Positions 13,561 to 26,865 of a stretch of 64,000 nucleotides of DNA are shown piece by piece. Source of the DNA: the human T2T-CHM13v2.0 reference genome, Homo sapiens. The stretch's first letter is position 1. Every line of letters begins with the position of its first letter. Below the pieces are notes generated by a model, which was not told where the DNA came from, searched no databases, and saw nothing but the letters and a program-made list of their open reading frames with translations. The stretch lies in the NCBI RefSeq assembly GCF_009914755.1, contig NC_060934.1. One strand, written 5' to 3'. The position numbers were made by a program, and so were the translations under genes.

Positions 13561-13939
13561 TACAAAGGTCAGTCTAGTAGCTTAGAGTGAATGTGGCGTA
13601 GCTGAAGTGGAAAAAGTGGCCCATCTTGGTAAAATCCCCAGCCTCACTCTAATCTTCTTTGAATTCCCTCTGAATGAGGGACAGGCATGAAAGCCCAGGT
13701 TGAAAAAGGCTCCCAGTTGGTTCTGTCTGCCTGGGTACGTATTTTGGTTTTCAAAGGAATTATTTTCCTGGCTTGAGTTCTTTCAGAAATCCATTAATTT
13801 ATAAATCAATAGAAATATATCCAGCACCTGCTTTGTGCTAAGTGCCCTGGGGAATATATCTGCCTGCAAGGAACTTAATGTATAGTTGCAGGGGGCAAAG
13901 CAAACAAATGCAGAACAACAGCAGTACCAAAGAGATGCT

Positions 13940-14345
13940 ATTCATATTTAAAAAATACATAGTAAAAATTCTAAAGTACTGAAGGTAGAAAGTAAGTTCC
14001 TCTCCCACCCCTACCCTTCTTGCCCTGGTTCTCTTTCCCTCTAATCAGTTTCTTAGTGCTCTCTGAGAGATTCTTTCTATATAAAGGCATATACGTACAT
14101 ATAGCACCTTTCCTTTTGCCAAAATACCAAACGAGACATACTATAATACTCTCCTGTGCTTTGCTTTTTAAAATTCATAAAATATCTCAGATATTGTGCT
14201 GTATCAGTACATATTGATCTCCCTCATTCTAATGGAATTCTTTTGTATGAATATAGCACGCTTTATTTAATAGCCCCTTTATCAATGGTCTTTTAGGTTG
14301 TTTCTAGGCTTTTGCTACCTGAACAATGCTGCAATAAATTCTCCT
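13940..14345 (-). mobile_element. L1ME-like 3' fragment
   Basis: TTTAGGTTGTTTCTAGGCTTTTGCTA..AACAATGCTGCAATAAAT. Confidence 0.6.
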
Positions 14346-14389
14346 GACAAAGAGCTATAATTAAGGGCTAAATTGTGTGGCTCAGACTG

Positions 14390-14610
14390 TAAGTGATTCT
14401 GATTTCACAGTATGGGTGCTAATGGCATTTTGGGTGAGACAGTTTTGGTTGTGCAGAACTGTCTTGCCCACTGCATGATTTTTAGGTTCCCTGCCAAAGT
14501 TCCAGCATGCTCTCATTGTGACAACCAAAAAAGCCAGTCCCGGTCCCCCCAGCTCCCATCTCCAAGTGTTCTCTAGGAGGATGATATTACCAAGATTGGG
14601 AATTGCTGCA
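14390..14610. mobile_element. MER20-like hAT fragment
   Basis: GGCATTTTGGG..ACTGTCTTGCCCACTGCATGAT..TGTGACAACCAAAAA. Confidence 0.5.
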
Positions 14611-14662
14611 AGCATAGTGAGTTAGAGTTGGAAGCCGTCTGGGGAAAAGGGCAGTCTGAGCG

Positions 14663-15030
14663 TGCTATGATTTCAGTGTTTGTGTCCCCTTCAAAATTCA
14701 TGTTGAAACACAACCCCAGTGCAACAATATTAAGAGGTGAGGCCTTTAGGTGGTGATTAGGTCACGAGGGCTTCACCCTCAAGGATAGGATTAGCACTTC
14801 TAAAAGGACATGAGGAAATGAATTCGCCTCCTTTTGCCCCTCTGTCCCTTCCATCATGTGAGAACACAGCAACATATTGGAAGCAAAGAGCAGCCCTCAC
14901 CAAACACTGAGCCTGCCAGTGCATTGATTTTGGACCTTCTAGTGTTCAGAATATGAGAAATAAATTTCTATTGTTTACAAATTACTCAGCTTATGGTATT
15001 TTGTTATAGTAGCACAAAAGCCCTAAGACA
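14663..15030 (+). mobile_element. MST/MLT1A-type MaLR solo LTR
   Basis: TGCTATG..TGTGTCCCCTTCAAAATTCATGTTGAAAC to AGAAATAAATTTCTATTGTTTA..CTAAGACA; TG..CA ends; 5-bp TSD GAGCG/GAGCA. Confidence 0.88.
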
Positions 15031-15629
15031 GAGCAGGACTTGAGGATTTGTACAGGCTTTGGGACACAGCCTGCTAAGGATGAGAGTTAGTCATCTTATT
15101 GGGGGATTTCCCTTGTCTTGGTGCCTACTTTTTTACTCCCAGAGAGATGACATAGTGTTTGTGAAGCCAATTGGCCTGGCAAGTAGTCCTTAGGTTTTAA
15201 TGTGGGTCCTAGAAAGAGCTGGGACCTTGCTTCAGCTTCTTTGCCCAGCCTGCCATGTTGGCCCTGGGTTTGCCTTTGGTCACAGGTGTGGAGGTGCTGG
15301 CCTGGTGACTCTGTTCACTAGTAGAATGAAGAAGGCCATTAACACTGGATGGACCACTGATAGGCCTTGGGACAAATTATGCAATGCTTGAATTTTCACT
15401 CTACCGTTTCTGTGCCAGTGAATCATAAATTCCTAGAAAGTTAAAGCTGAAGGGAAATTTTTAGATCATCTAGCCCCTCTCAATTAGAAGAGAGGGAGTC
15501 AGGATAATGTGCTTTAGAAGGTAAAATGTCATAAAAGAGCCTGCAAGTAAGGGGTACTATGGACTAGGGGATAAGAGTAGAGATGACTGAGTATGATGGA
15601 CTTCATGCCAAGGGAAAAATGATCTAAAT

Positions 15630-16112
<483 letters not shown>

Positions 16113-16849
16113 ATTTAAATAGACTCAATCAAATAATTTCCATATCACAAATATGAGTGTCAGAGGAGCCTGGGCTGCTCCTTTGCTGGATATCTGTACT
16201 CTGGGCAAAGGGAGAGAGCAGATAATATGCCGGGTGGTTAATTATGTTGGCATTTATTCATTCTGAAATGTTTACAAATGTAATTAGAAGCCAGATTAGG
16301 TATGATGCTCACTGACCTTTAAGGAGAGCTTGGCATCAAACAACCAAAAAAAAAAAAAAAAAAAAAGAAAAAAAGAGGAAATGCCTATATCAAAGGTTAA
16401 TCAGAGCAAAACACAGCATGATTAGCTGGGAATCTCTAGCTTGCAAAAAGAAGGATTTTATTTGGTATTAAGAATTAAGAATTAGGAAATGGAAGATCAT
16501 TTCTTCTGAGTCATTGTTTTTCTGGGTTTGGAATGACTCTTCCCAGACCTGAGCCTTTCCCGGCTGGCCTAACAATTTTCTGCCTGACATTGTTGGGAAG
16601 ATATTTTCAATGGTAAATTTAGAGCTCTTGCTCCATGTGGTTACATAATCAAACTGGATCACTGACTATTCTTACCTCATCTTCCAGAGACTGTATGGAA
16701 CCCTACCTTCCTTCAGATGATGGCAAATCCTCCCGGGTCCTATAGAACGGTTCTCTCTCTTGCCTTTAGGTTCTTCTCCCCAGCTAGGGTTCACAGGGTT
16801 ACTTTCCTGACAATCGGGTGAAGTTGACTATGTGACCTCAGGTAAGTCT

Positions 16850-17300
16850 CCCAACTCTACCTCACCTTTGCCCTTCCGATCCATTTTCTACCCTGCTCTG
16901 CACCCTGGCAGGCTGCCTCCTGTAGACTATATCATTGGGGCTTCTTTGCTAGCTGACTTCCTGCTGGCAGAGGAAGCAGGATTAACCAGCAGGAAGTCCC
17001 TGACAGGGGGTGCTAAGGTCTGGCCTAGTCTTTCCTTGCCAGGTCCCTAGGTTGTTCCCATGGCTACAACTCCCACTGCGCAGCCGCACTGCTGCGGCTG
17101 GGGGCCCTCGCTGGGCTCCCGTGGCGCTATTGCCTCCCTTTGCAGCTTCCGGTCTGCGTGTTGTGATGGCTCCCTCTGATGGCAGTCGCTGGATGCTTCA
17201 TCCACGTGTAGCGGTTTTCTTTCCTCTGCACACCTCTCAGTACATACTCCAGCTGGGACAATCTTTTCAGTTGAACACCCTGTTTTTATCCCAGTCTGAT
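16850..17300 (+). mobile_element. LTR33-family (ERVL) LTR, degraded
   Basis: GATCCATTTTCTACCCTGCTCTGCACCCTGGCAGGCTG..; similar to the copy at 26866. Confidence 0.55.
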
Positions 17301-17989
17301 AAATTTTTCTTGAAAAGAGGTCAAACAGGAAAGCAAACCTTCCTCTGCCTGTCTCAGTGCAATCGTGAAGATCACGCAAGATAGTCCCTGTTGGAGTGTG
17401 TGTGCTTCAGCAGTGCAGAGCATTCAAAGGTAGGGTGGCATAATAGTTACTGCTCTGGTGATTATTATTAAGGTCTGAGACATCTTTATAACCTTAAAGC
17501 ATTTTGGACAGCTTTCAATATTTGGTATTTGCACAGTAAATACTAGTTGATTAATTCAGGGAGCCGGAAGTAGGGAGTACTGACAAGTACATCTACCTAC
17601 TTTCAAGTGTACAGACTCTGTTTCTGGAAGTTACAAGAGAGTCTGGTTTTATTTTCTTTGTTATTAATGAAAATTCCTCCCAGATTCTGGGAACAGGTTG
17701 ATATACAACCCTAGTTTTCAGTTACATCAGTTTTCATTTATGTCTGGGTTCCACAAGTATTTTGTGGAGTTGGTGGAAGTTATGTTAGGGTTTACTGGCA
17801 AGATTTCAATTTAACCTGGGAAACCTTGAATACATAAGTTTTTAAATCGCTGCACATATAAGTCATAGTTTATTTAACCATTGCCTCATTGTTAGAGAAT
17901 TAGATTGTTTCCAGTTTTGCTCTGATAAAGCAATAGAGTGATCATCTTTGCACTCACAGTAGTCCGCACATCATTCAGCAGCGCCATCA

Positions 17990-18770
17990 CTGCTTAGGTC
18001 AGAGGCTGGTGGACACAGCAGTAAACAAGGCAAAGCTGTGCTCTTGTGAGTTTATATTCTAGATGGAGAGACAGATAATAAACAAACACAATGAATACAT
18101 GGGGTAAAGCAGGGTAGGGGTGGTAGGGAAGAGAGGCAATGGGAGTTGCTATCTCAAAAAGGGTAATCACAGAAGCCCTTCTGATATGGAAACATTTGGG
18201 TAGAGATCTGAATGACATGAGGAAGCAAGCCAAATATCTGGGGGAAAGGCATTCTTGGCAGAGGGAACAGCCTTTGCAAAGGCCTGGAGACAGGAATGTG
18301 CTTAACATGTTTGAGGAACAGCAAGGAGGTCAACGGAACTGGAGTGGAATGAGTAAGGGGGATAGCAGTAAGAAGTGAATTAGAGGGACAAGTGGGGGCA
18401 AAATCTTCAAGGATCTTATAGGCCAATATAAAGACTCTGACTGGTCCTTATAGTGATAGAAGACCTTGGTGGGTTTGAAGTAGGAGAGTGACATGAGGAG
18501 ACTTTCATTTTAAAAGGCTCTCTTTGGCTGCTATATGAAAATGTTCTGGTGCGGGCTAGGGTAGAGTGAGGGTGGCCAGGTGGGAGGCTTTGGGGATAAT
18601 TCAGGGAGAGATGAGGGTAGCTTGGACCAGAGTTGTCAAAATGAATGTCATGAGAAATGATTGGATTCTGGGTATATTTCAAAGGCAGAGGTGGCTGATT
18701 TTAATTATGGATTGGATGCAGGATATGAATGATGAGAGTTGAGGATGACTTGGGTTTTGCCCTGCATAAT
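17990..18770 (-). mobile_element. L2a LINE fragment
   Basis: GGACACAGCAGTAAACAAGGCAAAG..TATATTCTAG..GGGGAAAGGCATTCTTGGCAGAGGGAACAGC..GATTCTGGGTATATTT. Confidence 0.85.
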
Positions 18771-18810
18771 GCCTGTTGAGGGATAAATAAACAAATGTTT
18801 AGTCAGGGCA

Positions 18811-19029
18811 GTGGTTCTTAAGTTGAGGCGACTTTGCTGTCTAGGGGACATTTGGCAATGTATAGAGATAGTTATGTTTTTTACCCTGGGGTGGGAGATG
18901 TGAGCTACAGACTTCTAGTGGGCAGAGGCCACAGACGCTGCTAAACCTCCTACAGTGCACAGCACAGTTCCCTTAACAAAGAATGATCCAGCCCTAAGTG
19001 TTGATAATGCTGAGGATGAGAAACCTAGA
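18811..19029 (+). mobile_element. MER20 (hAT-Charlie)
   Basis: CAGTGGTTCT..GGGGACATTTGGCAATGT..GAGGCCA..GCTGCTAAAC..ACAAAGAATGATCCAGCCC..GCTGAGGATGAGAAACC. Confidence 0.88.
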
Positions 19030-20289
19030 GTTAGGGAGATCACTACATTTTTTTTTTCTCAGACTCCTTCTTCTCTTGGCTTTGTTCTCTTCTCCACCCC
19101 ACATGGGTTTCTTTGTTGCTTCTTGTACACTTTAAGAAATGGCTGGCCCAGCTCTTCCCTCTACCCTCCACCAAACGTGACCTTTAAGCTCCCACATCCA
19201 AATTCAACTCACTATATATAGTCTCTTTGTTCCAATTCCACATTTTCGGGAGAGAGACATTGATTATCCCAGGTGCTCCTTCCGCTTCAATCCAGTGTGT
19301 CAGAGGGCGGGTTCCATGGGCTCTTGTCTGCTTAAAAAAGACTGCAGGAAAGATAGTCTGGGAAGGAATGCGGGTCACATGAGAAAATTAACTGGAGCGT
19401 CTGTTGTATGAACTTGGAGAATTCAACCTACAGATTTGACTCCTGGGGGTTCTGCTTAGCCCACAGAATTGTTCAGGTGTCTGTTCATTCATCCTAGTCC
19501 TTTTAAATTATAGGAAAAGGAAACCGTATGCGAGGAAAGATGGCTAAAGATCTCCTGGGCAGTATTCAGAATCTGAGTTCCTACTGAGCTGGACATAAGG
19601 AGAAAGCTGCTTGCTGTGTTTTTCCTTTCCACTTCTAATTGAATTTGAATCCAGCATATCTTTGGAGGAAGTCATTTAAAGCAACAAACGCTCATAACTA
19701 GTGACTGGCATGAAAAATAATAGTGGGACAAGAGAGCGAGCATGGAATGCAATGTGCATGTATTGTGACATATGGCTCTCCTTTTGCGTTTCCACTGACT
19801 GTATTATCCAGGCAGGAAGTTGCTTTCAGAGAGAAAGCGGAATTCTGCAGATGGTAGCATAGTGGAATCATTGTCAGAAAGAGGAGAGATTATATCAGAC
19901 TTATACTGAATCAAATGTTCATTTAAGAATTAGCCTGAGATCATTTTTCCATGCAGTAATGAGCATTTTAGTATTTCCAGCCTGCTGTTCCACATGACTA
20001 GTGCACAAAGGGATGTCTCCGAGGACCTCCAAATAGGGCTAATGCAAATTGTCATAGGAACAGACTGATGATGGTAAGGAGAGAGGTAGCCTGCTCAGGC
20101 ACGGGGAAATGCCGGTGTGCTCCTGGCATGGGCAAAGCAGGAGACCTGGTGACCAGAATATCTCCTTTACTCTTTCTGTCTATTGAAAGTACCTGCGTTT
20201 CTCAGACCATTGAGGTGAAGTTTTCAAAGTACCTGCAGACAAGCAGTTATCAACTAATAATTAAGGCATAAGAGGCTACTTGCATTTTT

Positions 20290-20755
20290 AAAAAACAGGT
20301 TTATTGAGATGTAATTCACATACAATTCACCCATTTAAAGTGTATAGTTCAATGGTTTTTAGAGTATTCACAGAGTTGTGCATCTATCATCATAATCGAT
20401 TTTAGAACAGTTTCATTACTCTCAAAAGAAAACCCATACCCATTTCTCCCAAAATGCCAGCCCTAGGCAACTACTAATTTACTTTCTGTTTCTATGCATC
20501 TGCCTATTCTAGAAATTTCATATAAATGGAATCATGCAATCTATGGTCTTTTGTTTCTGGCTTCTTTTAGTGTAATGTTTTCAAGGTTTACCTATGTCAT
20601 AGCATGTATCAATACTTCATTTTTTTAATGGCTGAATAATATTCATTATATGGATATATCACATTTTGTTTATCCATTCATCAGCTGACAGACATTGGGA
20701 TTGTTTTCATTTCTTGGCTATTATGAATAATGCTGCTATAAATGTTTGTGTACAG
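20290..20755 (-). mobile_element. L1MB-like 3' end
   Basis: TTTATTGAGATGTAATTCACATAC..CACCCATTTAAAGTGTA..ATTTCATATAAATGGAATCAT. Confidence 0.85.
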
Positions 20756-21804
20756 GCCATTCATATTTTAGTATTAATTAGTCAACTCAAAAGTCAACTG
20801 CTCTAGGAAGTCTGCCATGATCTGCCCTCCTCCTTCTTTCCCCTTTGTCCCTGTTCCATTTAATTACTCTCCCTTCTCTCAGTATCTTGTATGTCTGTTA
20901 TTAATACTTACTCTCTAGGGTCATGGTTTATGTATTGTCTCACCTGTCACCTCTGTGAAAGCAAGAGTTATGTCTTATTTTATCCCTAGCTCCTATTAAT
21001 ATTAAGTTTACAACTAGTTCTATTTCTCAACAAATTGCTGAATTTACATATATGGCCTTTGACAATGAGTATTTATATTTCACTCTTTAAGGAATTTCAG
21101 GCTCTCAGTTCAGCCTGAAAATTCCACATATTTTTCTTTAGTTTCCCACTTATCTGTCACTCCCTTGGTCCTTTTTGGTATGGCTGGGATCCCAAGGTGG
21201 CTGGAATCTGTCTGTCCTGGTCATTCATGGTGAACCAGAGGGAGGCACCAAGGGGCTTCAGAAAAGTCAGATTTAAAAAAACTTTACTTTGAAAATGTTA
21301 ATCTTTTTGCATCTTACCTTTTATTTTTCCTTTTTGAGCTTTAAAGGGAGGGAAACACCCATTGGGGTGCTCCATGGGGGTGTTGATTCAGGGGAGCATT
21401 GGGGTAGGTGGAGGAGAATCCTCATAAACGTGTGGGGCTACAGGCCGAGGAGAGGCTTCTTGGACTTGGCAAAAGACGACATTACTGTTAACGACACAGT
21501 TGGGGCTTCTCTTGAGCATCTGCTCAGCTGGAGCTACCATCTTTTGCATATTTTACAGGGAATTCTCAGAGCTTCCTTTTGGTCTCCAGGCCTCTGTGTG
21601 GTTGACATAGCTTTTGAAGCTGCTGCAGCCCTTCACAGCCAAAGGACAAATGTCATGTCATCAGGCTGGCTCCTGAGCTGCCATGGCTGGGGCTGCCATT
21701 CCTTGCTCTTAGGTTGGCTATGTCCCTCAATACTCTTGTTGCCACCATTGCTTACCATCTCAGAGCAACCTTCTGTTTTGAGATTGCTAATTTGCTGGCT
21801 TGTA

Positions 21805-21920
21805 GCCTCACTAGAATCTCTGGTTTTAGAAAATCAAGACCTTGTTTCAGTTCTGTATTCACAGTGCCAAGCACAGTGCTTGGGACTTTGTAGGTTCTCA
21901 GAGACTGTTTTTGAGTGGGT
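21805..21920 (+). mobile_element. L2 3'-end fragment
   Basis: CACTAGAAT..CTTGTTTCAGTTCTGTATTCACAGTGCCAAGCACAGTGCTTGG..TAGGTTCTCA. Confidence 0.55.
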
Positions 21921-23843
21921 CACTTCTTGGCATTCTTTAGGGTCTGGTGGGGAGGTAGATCCAAGAGAGAGGGGTTCTCCAGGTGTGGGAAACAAGCACC
22001 TATGAGCATAGAATGAGACTGGAGACATTGGCACATTTTTGCTTAGAGAAAGCCAATCTTGGAATTTAAACTTTTGTTCTGGCAAGCTTGTCTAAATGAC
22101 CTTTTATTTCCTGTAGACGGATGGTATCTCTCTATCTACTCATGGGGTGCTAGACCTTTGCATAGGGCTTCTGGAATGGTTTCCAGCTCTGAACTTTTAG
22201 AAAAGGCACGTGACTCCAGAATTATCTGCCTTTCTTGATCTGGAATTGCCTCAGCTTGCTGAAGACATCTTAAAGGACCTGTTTGTTTCCACCCTAAAAA
22301 TAAATTCCTGGGCATGTGTATGTAGCATTTGGTACATTTTCCAAGAGCTTTTAGAGAATTTTTTCATGGGACCCACACAGCCCCATGAGGCTGGGGCCAT
22401 GACTTATCCTTCTATCATTTGGAATGCTGACATGAGGCTGCCTACCTGGAAGACACTCAGTACCTCTGGTTTCAGGGAGAATGTGGCAAGGATTTGCTTT
22501 TACTGTTTTTACAAAAAAGGCAATGAGGATGAAAGAGGTAATGGCTATTTAGAGGCAAATACAGGTTTTCTTTGTCTCTTTCACCATACATTTCTAATCA
22601 TCTTTTGATAATTAATTTGTGTTGATGGCACATGACTGCTTTAGGTAGTTGGTATATTTTGTTAATAAATTCATTTCTATCTTTCCTCTGGGCTCACTGT
22701 TTGGGTTTCCCTTGCCTTTCCATTCTTTTGCCTGTGTTTTGAGAATGAGCAGCCACGTCATCAAATCAGTGGGGTATCCCCACAAAACAAAACAAAGCAC
22801 CCAAAATAACAAGGGCGATGTGTATCTGCAGGTTTGGAGAGAATCCAACCATAGTGGTGCTCACATACCAAATAAAATGAAATTCCAAGGCGCAGAAGCC
22901 CCATCCTTGTATTGTATAGCAGCACCGAGGGACATTTTCAGCACATAGGACACAAGGGATGACTAACATGGATTTCACTCTCTCCTTCAAGTACTTACAA
23001 GTGATATTCACTCTGCAGTTAATCAAGTGCTACTTGACAGATTGTGCCATCTTTTCTGATGTATGCTTATTTTCATGGTCTCCAAAGACTGTGAGCTCTG
23101 AGAGGTCATGTCTTCCACATCTATGCAGTTCTCACAGTGCCTCCCACACACTGAAACCCAATGAAGAACTGATTTTGGACATTTGGATCAACTGGATATT
23201 TTCATTGGAATATCCCATCTTTAGTTCAAATTCAGTATGAGTTACCTTACTCCCCTCTTTGTTCAAAAACAGTTTAAGTGAGCTTACATGTCATGTAACA
23301 AGATAACACAAATTAGAGATGGGTGGGGAAAAATAAGAAAAACAAGAATAGGGCCATAGAGTGGATTCCCCAGAGGTACACATGCTGCAGGAGGACCACA
23401 GATTTGGCTTTACAGGACTAACTAAGATTAGTTACACAGTTCATTGTCTGTATAACAAAAGCCATCCAGCTTCTCAGAAGTAGAACAATCACTGGACCTC
23501 AAGAGCCTAAAGAAGTTTCTTGAAGGATGTCCATAAGATTCACAGCTCTCCTCTGGCCTGGGCTATCCAAGAGGTAGATTTTAGAGTATAGAGAGGAATG
23601 AATGGACTACACAGCTTCCAACCAATCCTTCCTGATTTTTATTTCTCCCATATGAGCTTTTGCTCAAATGCAGTTTATTTTTAAGAGAACATACCCTTCT
23701 TTATCTCGCCCTAACTATTCCTTCTGCTTCCCTTTTTCTGAAAGAAAACAATAACCACACAGCCACATAAGTCTGTATGACCATGGTTGTATAGGACTTC
23801 TTTGCTCATTTGTTTCCATATCCAATCAGTCATCAAAATCTGT

Positions 23844-23993
23844 TCCTTTCTTCCTTTCTCTTCTTCTCCCACTGTCCCTTCCTCCTCCTCTCCTACCCTC
23901 CCTTCCTCCTCCTCTCCTTTCCTTCCTTTCTTTTTCCTTCTGTCTTTCTCTTCCTTCCTCCTTCCCTTCTCCCATCACTTCCTTCTTTCCTTC
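23844..23993. repeat. CT-rich polypyrimidine low-complexity tract
   Basis: ~150 bp almost entirely C/T; CCCTTCCTCCTCCTCTCCT occurs twice. Confidence 0.9.
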
Positions 23994-26249
23994 ATGACTT
24001 ACTGTATACCAGGAGCTGGGCTAAACAGAAAGGCATGATTTTATGTAACAGTCAGCAAGGAGACTGTCCAATCAGAAATTATATCAGCTTTAGCACAGGA
24101 GCAAGGTCCTCAAAGCCTTCGCTTGCACTAGGCGTAAACTCTTCAGTTCCTGGATTTGGAAGAGGCATTGTTTCAGGGAGTTCCAGGAGGGCTAAGGTGG
24201 TGGGGCATGCACGGGGTTGGGTGGGTCATGGTTTCAGGAAAGGGGTGCTTTCAATATTCACAAGTAATGAAGTGTTTCAGTATTTTAACAGCTGGTAGAG
24301 CTGCATTGGCAGATGTTGGCTGCATATCAGTCCTGAGTAAATGGAGTCACAAAGATAACTCAGCTGTGGTTCCTACCCTGGAGGATACTGTAGTTCACCA
24401 TCTTCAGAATGTGTTTAAAACCATCCTTTCCTCTCCCTGTTTGTTGCTACGATTGTATTTTAGACACTCACTATCTCAGGCTTCACTGATTATAATTATT
24501 TCTTAATGGGTCTGCTGGATTTTAATTTTTTTCTTCTCTTATTTTCCCTCTTTCCAATGTTTCATGTATGTACTGTCAGAGAAAATTCCCCCAAATATTG
24601 CATTGACCATGCTATATTACTTCTAATCCAAAACCATCAATGGCCTTTCTCTCTTCTTCAGATTGATATTTGAACTCTTTACCTGGGCATCTGAGTCCCT
24701 CAATTTTGTACCTGCACCGTTTCATCAAGTGATATGGTGTCACCGAAGAAGGATAAGCCGTGGTCCCCCCTGTTCTTAAGTACTTACAATGGGTGATGTG
24801 GTATGGAAGAGATGTTTGTAATGATTGTTATACAGTAAAAGCAAATGGGGGAAACAAATAGGTGATGGTGGTGTGTGGGGTGATGCAGGCTGATGGTGCT
24901 GGCAGGGACAGTGAGGAAATAGTCTCTTTGAGTATGATTTCTCTTGACAAGCTGACAACAATCAATTCCTAGTCCAAAGGCTCTGATTTCTAGGTGGTTG
25001 AGCCTGGGATGGATAAAGGAGGTTTGTCAACCTCAAAATGAAATTTGTTATTCTTTCTGGGGTGCAAACCGAGGATATGAAAGCTTTTCAAAGTGTACGA
25101 ACTCTGAGTAAATTCCAAGCCGGGTTAGTGCAAATGACTTTGAAACTCATCATATTCTACCAGCTCCCTCAGAAAGTGAACTGTCAGCTATGAATTGTTG
25201 TATGGCATCCTGAGCTGGACTGGATTCACAGGATGAGTCTGCGGGAGAAGTGTTTGGAGTTCTTTCTCTGAGCTGCTCTTTAGGAGAAAGCTTGGCTCAG
25301 TAAAACCTAAGCTTAGACCAAGAGAGATTGTTCCTACCTCCCATGTACTGAGACCCGCTTTACATGGCTACTACAAGTTAGGCATTTTGCTCATATTTTC
25401 ATACATGCTCTCATTTAATCTTCACTATTATCTTGTAAGGTAGATGTTATATTGAAACCCAAAGACTAATTTATCTGAGATCTCCCCTTGTCTAAATCCT
25501 AGAGTCAGGATTGTAGGATTACCAGAATCTGTGCTCTTTCCACTCTCATTGTCTTTCTAGAGCTAATGCTTTTTAGAAGTGTTGGAAAGGCAGGGATTAT
25601 ACTTTTACATGCACATTGGGAATGAGACTTTAAAGCCTCTAAATCCCACTGCTATTCCCCCTTATTGATAAGGGCAGATAAATGTCCATCTACCCTGGGA
25701 AATAAGGATACCCTCCTTCTTAGGCAGAAGTTCCCTTATTTCATGGTTGAGTGACCTCAGCAAGACCATCTCAGTCCTTCAGTCATATGCCTCTATATTC
25801 ACTTCAGTGCCTTTTTTGGTTTTTGGCAGTAAAGTTCCTTTCAGACAGAGCATTATGCTCTTACTTGCCAATATCCCCACCATTATCTCTGGCTTGCTTT
25901 AATCATTTATGCTGCTGCTGTTTGGAATTTGATTTGAGTTGTTGTGAGGTTTAAATAGGATCATCCATGTAAAGTGCTTAGTACAGTCACTGGCACATTG
26001 TAAGAGCTAATAAATGGCAGCTACCACAGTGGTTTTCACTGAGCAGAGAGTACCTCATAATCACAAGGTAAGCCCTCACTCTGGACTACTTCTTCAGATG
26101 AGCGTGGTTAGTTGACAAGACTTGGAGGAGATGAGGCACAGGTCAGATAAGGTTTTAAACAGGCATGGTAGTCAGGAAGGGCCTTACAAGTGTGATGATC
26201 TGCCCCAGAGGATTTCCTGAGCATTCAGATGGACTCATTAAGACACAGT

Positions 26250-26580
26250 TTAGCATATTTTGGCCCACATCCCAAATGTGGCCTACTGCCTATTTCTCCA
26301 TAACCTGTGAGTTAATAATTTTTTTTACAGTTTTAAATGGTTGAAAAAATTCTAAAAAAGAATAATATTTGTGACACATGAAAATTGTATGAAATTCAAA
26401 TTTCACATTCCAAAAGTAAAGTTTTATTGGTACACAGCCATGCCTATTTGTTTATGTATTGTCAACGGCTGCCTTCACTCTGAGTGAAGTGAAGAGTGGT
26501 GTAGTAGTGACAAGAGACTATATGGCCTGCAAAGTTGAACATATTTACTCTCTGGCCCTTTATAGAAAGGTTTACTCCAG
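26250..26580. mobile_element. MER58B (hAT-Charlie)
   Basis: ATGAAAATTGTATGAAATTCAAATTTCA..AAAGTTTTATTGGTACACAGCCATGC..TGGCCTGCAAAG..CTGGCCCTTTATAGAAA. Confidence 0.88.
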
Positions 26581-26865
26581 TGTAAGGTAGAGTGATTTAA
26601 GAAAGGGAGATAAGTGAACACTTAAACATATATAACTCAGTTTACAAAGCTTCCAAGGAGAGGCCCTGCTCACTTGGGCCATGAAATTAGATTCTGTCTA
26701 GTTTCAGTTCAGTTCAGTAAATAATTACTCAATGCTTCCTATATGACAGAAATATTCTCTGCCCATAGAAACCTCACAATATTATAAATTCATAGACTTG
26801 TAGGAAGGAATGCAGAACCACTGAGGTTTAAGTTTAAATCCTGGCTCCATCGTTTACGAGTTGTA

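Noticed and set aside
20042-20049. Octamer ATGCAAAT (other copies elsewhere) and many isolated GTAAG donor-like sites
   Set aside because: Expected by chance in 64 kb of AT-rich DNA without paired signals
21289-22005. Longest ORF in the track (238 aa, plus strand)
   Set aside because: Starts at TTG, has no recognisable domain, is Leu/Ser/Trp-rich like non-coding DNA and runs through an L2 remnant. A 53-aa ATG ORF on the opposite strand (MQKMVAPAEQ..) is also unrecognisable. BLASTP/PhyloCSF would be decisive.
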